The position numbers and the translations under genes are program-made. From the NCBI GenBank assembly GCA_964188305.1, contig OZ076901.1: a DNA stretch of 64,000 nt. One strand, written 5' to 3'. The notes beneath the pieces are model-generated. The model was not told the origin of the DNA. It did not search any database and saw only the letters and a program-made list of their open reading frames with translations. Positions 1 through 13,047 of the stretch are shown piece by piece. Origin of the DNA: Podarcis bocagei. Its lineage: Eukaryota. Position 1 is the stretch's first letter, and each line of letters begins with the position of its first letter.

Positions 1-28
1 GCTGAAATGCTGGCTGGGCTCATTAGAT

Positions 29-513
29 CAGTGTTTCCCAACCACTGTTCCGCGGCACACTAGTGTGCCGCGAGATGTTGCCTGGTGTGCCGCAAGATGT
101 TGCCTGGAGGGAGGCGGGCGAGTCGGGCGGCGAGAGGCGGGGCGGCGGCGGCGAGGAGAGGCCGCCCAGCGCGGGGCTCTCGCCATCTGCCTGCCTGCCT
201 GCCTGCGAGCTCGGCGGGCAGCGCCTCCGTCCGCAGCGCCCGCCTCGCGGCTCATTCCCTGCCCCTGCCAAAGCTCACCCAGCCAAGCCGCGCTCTCCTT
301 CCTGCCTCGCTTTGCTGCCTCCTCCCCCCCCCACCCCCAAAGCTTGGAGGTTCCCCGGCAAGGGGGAGGGAAAAAAATGGAAACTTACACTTTCGTGCGT
401 CCCTCCCGGCGTGACGCTGCGCGCTGACGTCACGGGGCTGTAATGGTGGTGTGCCTCGAGATTTTTTTCATCAAACAAGTGTGCCTTTGCCCAAAAAAGG
501 TTGGGAAACACTG
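29..513. mobile_element. Non-autonomous hAT DNA transposon with GC-rich interior
   Basis: TIRs cagtgtttcccaacc / ggttgggaaacactg; perfect 8-bp TSD cattagat (21-28, 514-521). Confidence 0.9.
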
Positions 514-1502
514 CATTAGATGAATCTTGCCCATTAGTTTGTCAATTTAAAAGAGGGAGCCCACAAACCTGGGGGAAAATCACACAAATCTTGGAATAGC
601 TCGATAGTGTTAAAGATATCACTTTATTAATTAAATTGGTTTACTTTTCCAGGTACTAGCTTAAAAATCAAATTCAGATTATGTTTTGGAACAACAGCTC
701 TCAAAACAATTTACAACCTTATATCATTTTTTAATTCTATAATTTAAGACTAGATGGATATTTGCTTTTGTTTCCTTCTTATTGTAATATTAAAAATCAA
801 AGGATCTCTGTTTCTCCTACAGAATATTGTTTGTGTCGATTGGGGTGGGGAGTGAGGGATTAGAGGATGAAAGTGAGCAGATTAGCCTGTTGGCCTTGAC
901 AATTTATAGTAAATAGCGTGGGAATAGGGACCTAGGGTATGATGGGTTTGCACAAGAAAAAGAGATAAAGTTCAATCTTTTTATAAATATTGTTACTGCT
1001 AAGAAGATGACAGGTGAAACACCGTCCAAGTGTGTAGGCAATAATTGAGGAAAACAGTGGGAGTGTAGGTAGAACAGCCAATAACAGTTTATTGCTGTTG
1101 GTACTGTATTGCCTTTGACACACAGTTATAGACACAGACACTAATGAAGAGATGCCTTTGATTGCCTCCTTCACATGCAACTCCCAGCCATCTGGCTGTG
1201 ACAGCACCTGAGAGATACCTGTGTGAAAACCTGAAGAACAGCAACAGGATGTGGAGTGGCGAGGGACTATACTTCCTTGCTACTTGAGGCAAAACATTGG
1301 CAAGCCAGGTTCATTTTCTGTAAACAGCAGGACTCTGCAAAGGTATGTTTTTCTGCAGATTTGTGGATTCCGAGCTTCCTTGCAACACTAAAACCAAATG
1401 TGTCAGAATTTAGCAAGGACCTCCAAATTGGAGGAGTGGGGAGATTTTGGGCTAGAGTTAAAGACTACCCTTCTCAGAAACCTTTCTCTCCCATAGCAAT
1501 TA

Positions 1503-1671
1503 CCGTATTTTTCGCTCTATAACACGCACCCAACCATAACACGCATGTAGTTTTTAGAGGAGGAAAATCCATAGGCATGCCACCCGTAGGCATTTCCTCC
1601 ATAACACGCACAGACATTTCCCCTTACTTTTTAGGAGGAAAAAAGTGAGTGTTATGGTGCAAAAAAGATGG
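1503..1671. mobile_element. Tc1/mariner (Tc2/pogo-like) MITE
   Basis: TA-flanked ccgtattttt...aaaaagatgg; ends resemble element 47393-48085. Confidence 0.7.
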
Positions 1672-1730
1672 TAAGTGCTTGGGTGAATCTTCCTCACTAA
1701 CACTACAGGCCTTGAACAGCCCTATGTAAA

Positions 1731-1870
1731 ATCATAGAACTGTAGAGTTGGAAAGGGCGACGAGGGTCATCTAGTCCAACCCCCTGAAATGCAGGAGTCT
1801 TTCGACCCATGTGGGGCTCGAACTCATAACCCTAGTATTAAGAGTCTCATGCTCTGATGACTGAGCTATC
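1731..1870 (-). mobile_element. tRNA-Lys(CTT)-derived SINE with CR1-like tail
   Basis: Reverse strand reads tagctcagtc..agagcatgagactcttaat..ggg..ttcgagccccac, then ttggactagatgaccc..ttccaactctacagttctatgat; relatives at ~59077 and ~61308. Confidence 0.75.
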
Positions 1871-2722
1871 TCTTGCTGGAGCCCTGTTAGGAAATAAACC
1901 ACAACATTTTTTTAAGGTTCTCCACTTGTATTCTAAGTAGCAGTTACAAAGAATCTCTATAGTACCTTATTTTTGCATCACACTTTTTATTTTCTTGTAA
2001 ACCTTAATGATAGCCTAAAATGTAGATCGGTATTATTACAATATTCCTGTATTAGAGATGGGAGCAAAGGCTAAGTAAAAGTGGCTTGACTTAAATACCT
2101 AGAAGAAATTAAATTTGAGCCAGCCACTCATGCTATACCAGCTGAAAACACGCTGTACTGTATAGATCTTGTGACTTCGGTAATTGAAACATTTGGGAAG
2201 GACATGCTATGCATAAATACTGTTGTTACGCTTTTTTTTCTCCCTAGCTTTGGTAGGTGGAGGGATGTTCTCTGGAATTCTAATGATGGGTTAAGTGTGC
2301 AGGTTACAAACTCATTTGAGACTTGTGACAACTGGGTGGAGAAGTGAATCGGTTCCTTTTTTATTTTCAGGTCGCTGAAAAGGAAAGCACTGAATAATGT
2401 CTTAATGAATAGTTGAGCCTTAACCTGTTTTATATGCGGCATCTCACAGCTAATGGTTGGCAGTCACCTCTACTTATTCATCAAATAGCATGGATAGGAC
2501 AGTCTCTAGAATTTAGTCTGACCTGAAAAGAACTTTAGATACCATTTGCTGGTGCTATTTCCTTCAGGCTGAAGTCACAAAGTTAACTATTAACTATAAT
2601 GGCTAATATTACAGGTTATTGCTATACTGAAGAGTTGTTACATCCCTTAGAGATTAAAGGTGTTTGTTTTTTTTTAGAAATCAGATAAACCATATCTCAG
2701 ACATTGCCATTGTTTCCTAGCT

Positions 2723-2922
2723 NNNNNNNNNNNNNNNNNNNNNNNNNNNNNNNNNNNNNNNNNNNNNNNNNNNNNNNNNNNNNNNNNNNNNNNNNNNNNN
2801 NNNNNNNNNNNNNNNNNNNNNNNNNNNNNNNNNNNNNNNNNNNNNNNNNNNNNNNNNNNNNNNNNNNNNNNNNNNNNNNNNNNNNNNNNNNNNNNNNNNN
2901 NNNNNNNNNNNNNNNNNNNNNN
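2723..2922. other. Assembly gap (200 N)
   Basis: Run of exactly 200 N. Confidence 1.
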
Positions 2923-5478
2923 CACTGATAGGAATTTAGGGAAAATAAACTGGAGTAGGAGTTCTCCTTCTACCAGTGAGTAGACTGAACAGTAGACTGC
3001 TCAGGAGAAGTTATGTGCAGAAATGAAGTGTGTGTAAGCATCTAATCTGCCTTTTTATGGTAAGCTATAGCTATAGCTGGTCTTCAGAAATGGAATGAGC
3101 GATGTTGTGTACCCACACACCAGTGGGAGACTCAGTGGCTGCTGGAGAGTTGATCTCCCTCACTTTTAGGAAGAACAGCATCACACAGATCAGGTAGCCT
3201 GTGGCTATGAAAGCTTGAGATGATAAGACTGGCCTACTGCTGTCACCATATAAAGCTTATTGAAAGCCCACCACATAAGGTTACAACATTGCCATTTTAG
3301 TGCTTAGAAAATGTGCGATTTTCTTGATCTAATCCATGGTCTCAAAAAAGTTTCCATTCTTAATGTTACTTTTAAAAAGAAAATCCCTACCCTTTAACCT
3401 CAAGCAGATTTCCAAATACACAAGATTGTTAGATTATTGTTAGAGTATCAAAAGAAGATAAACCAACCTGCTACTTCTAGCATTTTTCCAAAACTGAAAG
3501 TAGATCATGGTTTGCCAAAATATCACCCTGGCTTTGGCCAGGTTTCAGGAACAAGACGTGTGATATAGCAGCAGACAGCTCTATTCAGCTGCTGCTTTGT
3601 GCAGGTGGGTTGTGTGAAATCATGAAAGATAAGGCAGAGTTAAAGATTATAATAGCTAGAAAATTAATGCACACACAAAAAATGAAAATTTCAGAACTAG
3701 CATAATTTTACTAAAACTACATGAAAGGACCATCAAATACTTCCCTAAGAGGCTAGTATGAAAGCTTGAAAATATTTCTCAAACAACTAATTGTAGGCTA
3801 TGTGATATCTACTGAACTTAAAGCTTTGCAAAACATGTCAATTTTTCCTTGATAAAAACAGTCTCCTATTAAATGATTGTCACACAATGGTGTGCTTTTA
3901 CCTATATGCCTGAAAAAGATCAGAGTATACAAGTGAAAAGAATGTGTTAAAATGATTGTATCCTTCAGAGTGTTATACTCCTTGGGACAGCTTTTTCCCA
4001 TTGCAGTTTCTTTTGCTATATCTTTCTCTTCAAGTTCTGGAAACAAACAAGGAAACAGGTAAGATTCTTCACTAGAAATGGTGATAATGTTAGTCATGCT
4101 CAGAGTAGACTCATTGAAATCAGTGAATTTAAGTAACAAGTTTGTTGATTTCACTCTATATACATGGGTGATATCCAACTGGATCTAATATGAGTATGAC
4201 TTTGTTGCTATCATCCACAGATAACTGTTGTTTAATTATTTGTCACATCCACAAATACTGTATCAGAAAAGATTTACTAGTTAGGAGGAGGTTCTAATGG
4301 AAATAGATGTAATAATTGGCTGCCGCTGAGGAAATCAATGATATGAATCAGAACTAAACAGCAGCAGTGGGACTGAGGTCTCTGAGGCATCTGGTCTCTG
4401 ATGTTTCTGCTAATCCATGGCAGATACCAATAATAATGTCTTATTGCTCAAATAATACAAATAAGAGTGAGCAGCCTATTAGATGTAGTCTTTTTTAAAT
4501 CATCCAGTAATAATACAACCTTCACAAGAATAATGTAAAAAATATGTAGTTTAGCTTCTGAATGGTAAAGCGCTTAAATTCTGACAATTCTTTTAAAACA
4601 TGATAACTCAAGAAGTGAAAGTGAAATCCAGTTCCTACATATTTACATTAAGCAGATGTTTAGTTTATTGTATAGTGATTAAGCTTCAAATTCCAAAAGT
4701 TACTGGTTACATCGTTCATGCTTCTGGGCGGAAATTCTTGCTGATTAATTTATGACTTGTCAGTTTACATGACCCAAATAAAACACTCTTGGGCACAAGG
4801 AAGTTTAATACAGAGAAAACTTTTGAAGGAGCAAGCATGTTTCTGTAGAAGAACAATAGCTAAAAGCAATATATTCTCTTGAAGCTGGGCCTCATGGAGG
4901 ATTTTTAATTGAAATGCAAAGGTGGAGTGAAATAGAAAAGAAATAAATCTCAACAAGGCCACTTCCAGACAAATACGTTAATTAGGTATGTTCATCCCTT
5001 GACTGGCTGAGGAAATATATCAGCAAACATCGTAAAGGCACTACTTATTTTACTTATTGCATCTAATAAGCTGTACAATCATGTCCTTCAAGATCCCATC
5101 TAATATTTAGAATAAGGACATGAAACCGAGCCATCATGGGCTACATCTTTTTGAATGTAAGCCACAAAGATGTTTTCTGGGAATAAATTTACAAAAATAA
5201 GCAGCATTTTAACAGATGTATTCAGCACTTTCCACATTTCTAAGTGAATATTTATCATGGCTGTCCCTTTGCCCCACTGAGTTTTTGTACTATTAAAGTA
5301 TTTTTACTCCTTTAGTTTAAGAAAAGTTCGGTTCCAGTCTGACATATGGTGTAAAATGAGATCAGTGTTAAGATTTGCATTGATCTCTGTAAACTTGAAA
5401 CAATAGCATTACAGAAAATCTGCAGTGTGAAACATGATTGATAACCAGCTTTGTGACTAATTTTGTTGTTGTTTCTAG

Positions 5479-5569
5479 GTCAGGGGTCACCACATTGCCA
5501 AGCTTGATCCTCTCGGCATTAGTTGTGTAAATTTTGATGAATCGGCAGTAACTGATTCTCCAAACGTCG
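5479..5569 (+). CDS. OGDH: OGDH mutually exclusive exon 4a (91 nt; lacks DADLD Ca2+ site)
   Basis: ttctag|GTC...GTC G|gtgag; VRGHHIAKLDPLGISCVNFDESAVTDSPNV, similar to the recalled mammalian alternative exon; phase 0 to 1. Confidence 0.93.
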
Positions 5570-5696
5570 GTGAGAATTACTCTGCAAATTAATTCTAATG
5601 TAATTTTAACTTTTATACCCCTTTCCTTTCCATCCCCTTCCTCCCCATCCCTCTTCTGGTATCCACTTTCCTTTTCATTCCTGGCCCATTTCATAG

Positions 5697-5799
5697 ATTC
5701 GAGGGCATCATGTAGCACAGCTCGACCCACTGGGCATCTTGGATGCTGATCTGGACTCTTCCGTTCCAGCCGATATTATCACTTCCGCAGATAAACTGG
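5697..5799 (+). CDS. OGDH: OGDH mutually exclusive exon 4b (103 nt; DADLD Ca2+ site)
   Basis: catag|ATT...CTG G|gtgag; [34 protein letters not shown]; phase 0 to 1. Confidence 0.96.
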
Positions 5800-8002
5800 G
5801 TGAGGGCTCCGAGAGCAGTTAGTGCCGCATTGCTTGAGCTCCTCCTCTCTCACTTTCACAGCTTCTAGTTAGATTGCTTCACTAAGTCTGAAGGGAAAGG
5901 TCTTAAGTTTCCTTTATAATGATCACTTTTTTAAAAATTGAACAGCAGCAAAGTAGTTCTGTCCCTTGTCACTTACCACTGTGGGCACAAGGTGTTACAT
6001 GTGCAATACAAGCCAGTTTGTTCTCTTCTACTGTTAATTTTGAGTTCAGTAGTTAATGGCTCTGAGTAGGTTAGTAGTGTCTATTATTTGCTTCTGAGGA
6101 AATGAGGAATATTTTGGAGTCACGTAAACAGGCCTTCTTCCTTGCCTTTAGCATCCCTTGACCCCCAGTGTTCAGTAGGTCTCTTGCTTGGAACTGCAGT
6201 GACTTGATTCAGCAGACTTCAAGAGTTCTGCAGTGATGCTACTGGGGAGGAACGGGATGGGTTTTCAAAAGCCTTCAGGCAAGTCTTGTGGTATTTCCTC
6301 ACTCAGTTCAGTTGTAATCCTTAGCTATGCAGCTTGCCCTAAAATCCTAAGAGTAGCTGAACCAATGACTTTCAGTGATCATGACGAGGAAGCTTTGGAG
6401 TTTATTCCCACATCTAATCAAGAGACTGAAATGGTGAGACCCTTGGTTGCAAGGTGCATGTATGTTGCTCAGATGAGGGTGTGTGTGCTGAGCCATGTTT
6501 GAAATTCGGTTTTCCAGTAAAGTCCAACCTGATCTTTTAAGTTTGATCACTAGTATTTTTTCCAAGCATAGCACAGGTTACGGTGGCTGAGCTCTATTTA
6601 TTGCTGGTGCTTTCTACAGGTTAATCAACCTGGCTCCGCAAGCGCTTTTAAGTAGCATGCTTCTAACTTAGAATAGAACAATAATAATGACCACTAACTC
6701 CTTTCAAGACTGACATGTGATTAGAGTATTTGTGCATGTAATGTTTTGAGATGGTCATGATTGATGTGCTCATAGAATGTATATTTGTGAAATGGAAGGT
6801 ATCCAAAGGAGAAAAAAATGAAAGCAAAACTGTAATGGATGTTGTTCTACTTGAATTCAGTCCACTTGGCTACACTATCATCTTCAACTTACAGTTGGCA
6901 TTCTGATGTTGTTGCCCCCTTTATGTTAAAGATCCATTACTCATACAAAGAGTGTTGGTCATGAAGTCTAGGGGTTCTTTTCAGGCCTTTGAGGGGGATA
7001 CCTAATGTGTTCTACAGTACTCCTTTGATATTACACACATTAAATCATCTTCAGCAAGTATGTCAGATACAGGACAGTGGGGTGCAGCACCCCTTTACAA
7101 TGGAGTGGTGGTGATGAATTCAGATGCAATAGACGTTTTGAGGGGGGAAATCATAAGTGGGCCCCTGCAGCATAGAGAATCTGACTCTATAACCCATTTT
7201 ACTTATGTCCCTGCTTGATAATGGCTTCATTATTACTCTTGTAGTCTGTCATTAATACTTCACAAGGGTAGAGTTACACCACCACCGGTTTTATACCTGT
7301 TAATATATGTGAATCCTATGATTTTAGTAAAGCTGTATGTAACTCTGCTACCTTGCATAGACAGTATGTGTATGAAATTCTTTAGATAATCTTTTTCTGA
7401 TCAGAGTGTGAAATCAAGGCTGTTTCACATTAAATAAAGTTAACTGGGATATTAAATATTCACTAGCAATGATTTTTTTATCTACTAATATTTAGTATCT
7501 TATCCAGTCTTATGGGGCTCTCAGACAGTAGCTAGGTTGTATTCTGAGAAATATGTGCCACCTTACATGCTAAGTTATCTGTGGCAATGGACACTGCAAA
7601 CTCAGTTTGAGAAGTAAGGTGTAGAGTGGTTCATGTTGCCTTACAACAATGGTAGCCAAAAGTGTATTCACACTGATATAGCAGCATCCGTTTCTGTCCA
7701 GTGTGGAATTACCGTAGTTGTGTATACTCTGTACTACAACAAAATGGGCATACTACAAAATGGGCAAATGTGTGCAAGCTCAGGCACTAGTTCTTAAAAG
7801 TTACAGCTCATACAACAACCAGATGGGTGGAAGCAGTTCAGGTAGCCTGATGCAATGGGTACTGTTAGGTGAAAACTGAGGAGAGCCAAATATGCCTGGT
7901 ATCTCAGCAGAGCTGATGGAAGAGCCCTGCTTACCACCTCTCTCCCTCAGGATCCTGAACAAATTCTGGAATACGTAGGAAACTACCTTGTACCAAACCA
8001 TT

Positions 8003-8170
8003 TGTCTGCCTAGTCCAGTATTGTCTACTTTGAATGGCTGTATCTCTCCAGGATGTCAGGGCTGAAGCCTTTTCCATCACCTTCTACCTGAGCCTTTTAA
8101 ATGGATATGCCAGGGATTGAACCCAGGATCTTCTGTGTGCAAAGCATGTATTCTACCACTGAGTCATGTT
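8003..8170 (-). mobile_element. Squamate tRNA-derived SINE (Squam3-like), degenerate
   Basis: gggattgaacccaggatcttctg..tgcaaagcatg..ctaccactgag head on the minus strand. Confidence 0.6.
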
Positions 8171-8902
8171 TACTTTCCACATGTAAGCAGTTGGTTGCTC
8201 TATATATAACTGCTTTCTCAAGCATTGTTTTAAGCTCAATAGGCTGGCTTAAAATTGGGTGCTATGTCTTGACAGGATTTTACAGGGTGCTTATTGCAAC
8301 AGACCTGTAGCTCAGAAAAAGTTTGTTAAAAAGCAGTTTTGTTAACTTCAAGATAATTTGCTCTTGAAATTATTACTGAGTATAGTTCATGACACAGGGG
8401 AGCTGCTACCTAGTAAACTTGCAGCAATCTGCTGAGTTATGCACCAGCCACACACCAGCTGGTTTTCCTGGGATGTGCATTGGAACAGCTGGCACACACT
8501 GTACCTCAACATAGTTTATTCCTTTTGCAAGCTCTACTTCCTTTTTGGGAAACTGAATTCCTTTTTTGTGCTTCTTTATAAATGTGCTTATAGACATAAA
8601 GGCAAGCAGGTCTGCTCTTAAGGACTGCTTGGCAGGCAACTTGAACAGGGTAAGCAAACAAACCATAGCTAAAGGTATATGTCTGATCCGCACATAATGC
8701 CATGTCATAGATATAACAGGTCAAGCTTCCAATGACAAGCCATGGCTTCATATCACAGTTTGTTGAAAGTTAACATAGCATAGTTCAGCTGCTAGGCAGC
8801 TTGAAGATTATCATACTAAATATTGTTTAATAAGCCATGGCTTAGCTTTGCATGTAAACCTGGCCTGTATCAAGGGCAGGGCAGAACCCTTATAGTAATA
8901 TC

Positions 8903-8969
8903 TGTTTGTAAGAAAGGGACTCCTGCAGCCAGATGTTTGTAAGAAAGGGACTCCTGCAGCCAGATGTTT
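8903..8969. repeat. Perfect 31-bp tandem duplication
   Basis: tgtttgtaagaaagggactcctgcagccaga at 8903 and 8934. Confidence 0.95.
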
Positions 8970-9699
8970 CCTACCAATGCCCCATTCATACTGCAGGCAT
9001 GGAATGGGGGACTATAAGTAAATACAACTTGTGCCTCTTTGGAGATAAGCCAGCAGCAAAATAAGCTTTCAGAGACATATCTTGCTATTTCCTTTGAAAC
9101 TAATTAGTGGCTCAATACAGTACACACACATATATATAACTTTGGGGGGGGGGTTATAATCAAGTGGTATATAATTTCCATGAAATAAATAAAAATAGGA
9201 GGGGAGGCCAAATTCTTACTGAGAAGTGGTTCCGCCATTACTAGAGCCCTTCTCTGCTGATTAGCAGCACTGAAAGGATGAATTTGTTACCATTGTCCTT
9301 TGATAGTGGAAGCGCTGTGCTAATGTGGTTTTTATGCTGAATGCATTATTTGCTGCTGAAAGCTAAGTGATACCCATTTGCAGTTTATCAACTTCTATGG
9401 AAGAGGTTTGTATAGGTATTCATCTTGTTATGTTGAACTGCTTGCTGTACATAGGAATAAACTCTGTGATTATTTTTGGTCCCAAATAATCCTAAAGTAC
9501 AATTTGTAGAGATAAGTACTGGCCTTGTGCTGCTGAGCTTGTGTGCCTGGCTTTTAAACCATGAATTCAAACAAGTACAAAGTCACTATGTTCCTAGATA
9601 TGAAAATGCCAATTAGGGAGAGTCACGTGGAAGGTGGTTGATAGTAGCCATTGAAGTGTGGCTTACATTTTAGTAGGGGAAAATGTTGACATTTTAAGT

Positions 9700-9835
9700 C
9701 AGGCTTCCTCAAACTTGGCCCTCCAGATGTTTTGAGACTACAATTCCCATCCTCCCTGACCACTGGTCCTGCTAGCTAGGGATCATGGGAGTTGTAGGCC
9801 AAAAACATCTGGAGGGCTGAGTTTGAGGACGCCCG
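9700..9835. mobile_element. Palindromic hAT MITE
   Basis: caggcttcctcaaact...agtttgaggacgcccg; 8-bp TSD ttttaagt; same family as 31559-31694. Confidence 0.85.
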
Positions 9836-11269
9836 TTTTAAGTGATCTAGCAGAATGACTTCAGTTGTTGCTATAATACTGTTCCCCCTTTTTGTACATT
9901 TTGACATTTTATTCCTTGAATACAAGTATTTTATAACCAAGACAGGGAGATTCAGAACTACATTTTCTCATTCAAAATATCCCGTTATCTTGTTTTATTC
10001 CTTGCTTTGACAGCACTATATTAATTGTTTAATTGATGTCTCACCAATATCCAATGCAAATATTATTATTACAACCATATACCCTTGGAGAACAAGCATT
10101 CCTTCTTCCATAAAATGTAAATAGAATTGTTACTTTTTAAATCTTATTCCTCTCCAGTGCTATTCTACAAGATAGGTTATGCTGCATTCAGGCCAGTAAA
10201 ACACAGACACAGAACCCATCAGAGACTGTAGGCACATCACCTTCCTTTTCTGCAGCCTCCGCTGTATTTTGACTCAGCAGAAAATGTCATGCTAGTTGTT
10301 TGTTTTTATTAGCAGGCCTTCAAGGTCCAGCAACAAACCTATGGCTGGAAACAGAATATTCAATCCACATTGTCTCAGGAGTTCTTTGGAAGGGCAGGCT
10401 CTCTGCTTCTGTGAGTCAGTCCATTCTTGCCCTTGAGTCAGGGAATGGTGCTATGCAGCTACCTTTTTGCCCACCCACACAAATTTCCTGTTTCTAACTG
10501 ATTTGCTCCTGGGACCCAATCCCAAAATACTCAGCACAGAACATGAAGTCTCCCAGTCCTTGCATGCTGTGGTTGATTATGTGACATTTGAGTTCAGTGA
10601 ATGTTTTGAACTCTTGTGGTCTAACATAAGCAGTCCGCCAGTAGGATTTACCATGTGAACTGGAAATACTTTTGTAGAATGGTTAAATTTTCAACTTTAC
10701 ATTCTTTAGAAATTTGTCACTTCCAAAGTTTCCTAGAGAAAGTTATGTAAGACAGCCACTTGGACATCATCTGTTCTAGACTAAATTGATTTGTTCCATT
10801 TGTTAGGTCATATTCGATTCATTCCTTTCTCTAATACAGTTTGCACCATGCATAGAGGCAAACTGCTTTGGTATAAACCAAAATCTAGAATAACACCTGG
10901 GGCAATGAAACTCATCAACGAATTGTCCTCAGATTTTATCAGGTACCACTCCAACAATGGCAAGGAGCAGGGACAGACTATGGAGCATAGGGGACAGGTT
11001 TTGTCTTGTACCTACATCATGAATCATAACATCTTTCACAGCATTGTGCCCCTTGCTCTTCAAAATAGTTGCCTTGTTATATTTTGCTCTGGATCCATCT
11101 TTCCAAGGATCCTATGAAGGAACCTGAGTCACTCTACAGTATATGCGATCCTCTCCTTCATTTAATGGCTAATGGTGCTGAGAACTCATTTGGAAAGCTG
11201 CAGGACAAGGCATGATGTTCCTTGGGACAGCAACCCATAAATTTCTTTTACCTCCTTCCAAACTAACCT

Positions 11270-11990
11270 GAGAGGAATATAACCTCCCCTGTGGACTGGT
11301 ACTTGAGAGAATCTGAGGACAACACGTAGGTGAGTACACTGGCCATTGTCTACACAAATGGCTTTTGGGAAGGAGTAGAGGATGTGCCAGTCTGTAAATG
11401 ACTGGGTACCTCTGGGGTAGTTTGTCCGCCTTTGGCCCCCACTTGTACTCAGTTCTCATCTGTGGCTCCTGGAAGCTGTCAGCATGTGACAGCATGTGAC
11501 CTTACGAACAGCTTCAACTGGCCAGCTAAACCGGGTGAGGGTAGACGATGGGTCTTAAACCGTTGGTGAGTTAGGACTTGCCCTGCATGCAAATACAAGA
11601 TCCAGCGGATTGATCAGATGAGACCAAAAGTGGGTCCAATGCTTAAGAAGGCGGTTTCTGCACATTCTGCAGAGAGAAGTGAGGAGCAGGTGGGGCTCGT
11701 CAACCTGGGAAGTTAGCCCACCTAGGAGAAGGAAAACTCTGACCCTAAACCTCTTTTGCCTTGCTAGATATATTCAGAAGAAAAACCTAAGGAGTAAACC
11801 GTACACAAATCCAGAGTGGAGTCCCTAAGACTGTTGGGTGGCACCTTGTGGGCTCCTGACAGCAACTCCTGTAGCCAGGCTGGTGCCAGATGTATTGCTT
11901 TGCTTTCTTTGGACCACATCAGTGAAGCCAATGGGGCGGGGTCTTGTCACCTGGGCAGCAGTTTGACCTCACCCCCTCGGGCATACTCCA
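11270..11990 (+). mobile_element. Probable RTE-clade LINE 5' region fragment
   Basis: Motifs such as ctaggagaaggaaaactctga resemble RTE 5' UTRs as I recall them; boundaries approximate. Confidence 0.4.
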
Positions 11991-12732
11991 TTGTCTCCTG
12001 AGACAAACAGATGTCAACAAAGCCTTTGTGCAATTCACTCAGCCTTCTTATGGAACTAAGCACATCATTTGGCATGATCTGCCCTTGATATTCAAAGCTT
12101 TCTCAAATATCTCTACCATACCCATGATTCAGGGGCTGAGGCACAACTGAAATACTGTTGCACAAAGGAATCTTGCTATAGCTGCTTACAACTGCATACA
12201 GAGAACAAAGTTGTTTATGGTTACATTCCAAGCTAATGATCATCCTGTGGTGGAAGCTCTGAACCTCAAGGGGGTCATATGAACGTGCTTAGGAAGGTGC
12301 CTACTCAGCTCCCTGTGATAAAGGGTTTGATGGTTTCCCTCCCAGAAGAAGCTGTGTTCAGGACAAAGAATGCTGTTGGGTGTCCAGGCCATTTGAGAAG
12401 GATGAGTCATAGCAGCAGTGACTTGCAATAGTACACAATAAGTTTCTGTTTAGCAAAATCCTGCCAATAAATTACCCTGCCAGTACATTGTTCCTTATTA
12501 GGAGGTGCCCTTGAAATCTCTGTCGATAGCCAAGCTAGGTTTAAACTTTAAAGCAAAGCCATTGACAGTTGTTTTGACTTTGACAAACCGAAGAGCAGGT
12601 GAGCCAGAGTAGTCAATAGTTAGCTTGTTGAGAAAAAACATAGGATGCACAGTCTCAGCTGTGAATCTCATTAGCCTTTGACATCTTTCAGTCTAATCTA
12701 TCTCACAGGGTTGTTTGTGTGAACACTTTGTA

Positions 12733-13047
12733 GAGTGGTGCCCCGCAAGACAAATGCCTCGCAAGACGGAAAACTCGCTAGACGAAAGAGTTTTCCGTTT
12801 TGGAGGTGCTTCGCAAAATGAATTTCCTATGGGCTTGCTTCGCAAGACGACAATGTCTTGCGAGTTCCTGCTGGTTTTTCCCCCTCCCCCCTTTTTCTAA
12901 GCCGCTAAGCCGCTTATCAGGTGATCTGATCAGCAGATAAGCCGCTATTAGCGCTAATCCGTCAATGGGCTTGCTTCGCAAGACGAAAAAACCGCTAGAC
13001 GAAGAGAATCACAGAACGGATTCTTTTCGTCTTGCGAGGCACCACTG
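12733..13047. mobile_element. Tigger/pogo-like MITE, copy 1 (315 bp)
   Basis: TA|gagtggtgccccgcaagac...cttgcgaggcaccactg|TA; closely similar to 19537-19851. Confidence 0.9.

Noticed and set aside
23-511. Overlapping GC-rich ORFs and an apparent promoter island
   Set aside because: Low-complexity translations essentially confined to a TIR/TSD-bounded hAT element
1800-1870. Possible tRNA-Lys gene
   Set aside because: Degenerate stems and fused to a CR1-like tail, so a SINE head
2674-2928. ORFs made of X residues
   Set aside because: Artefacts of the N gap
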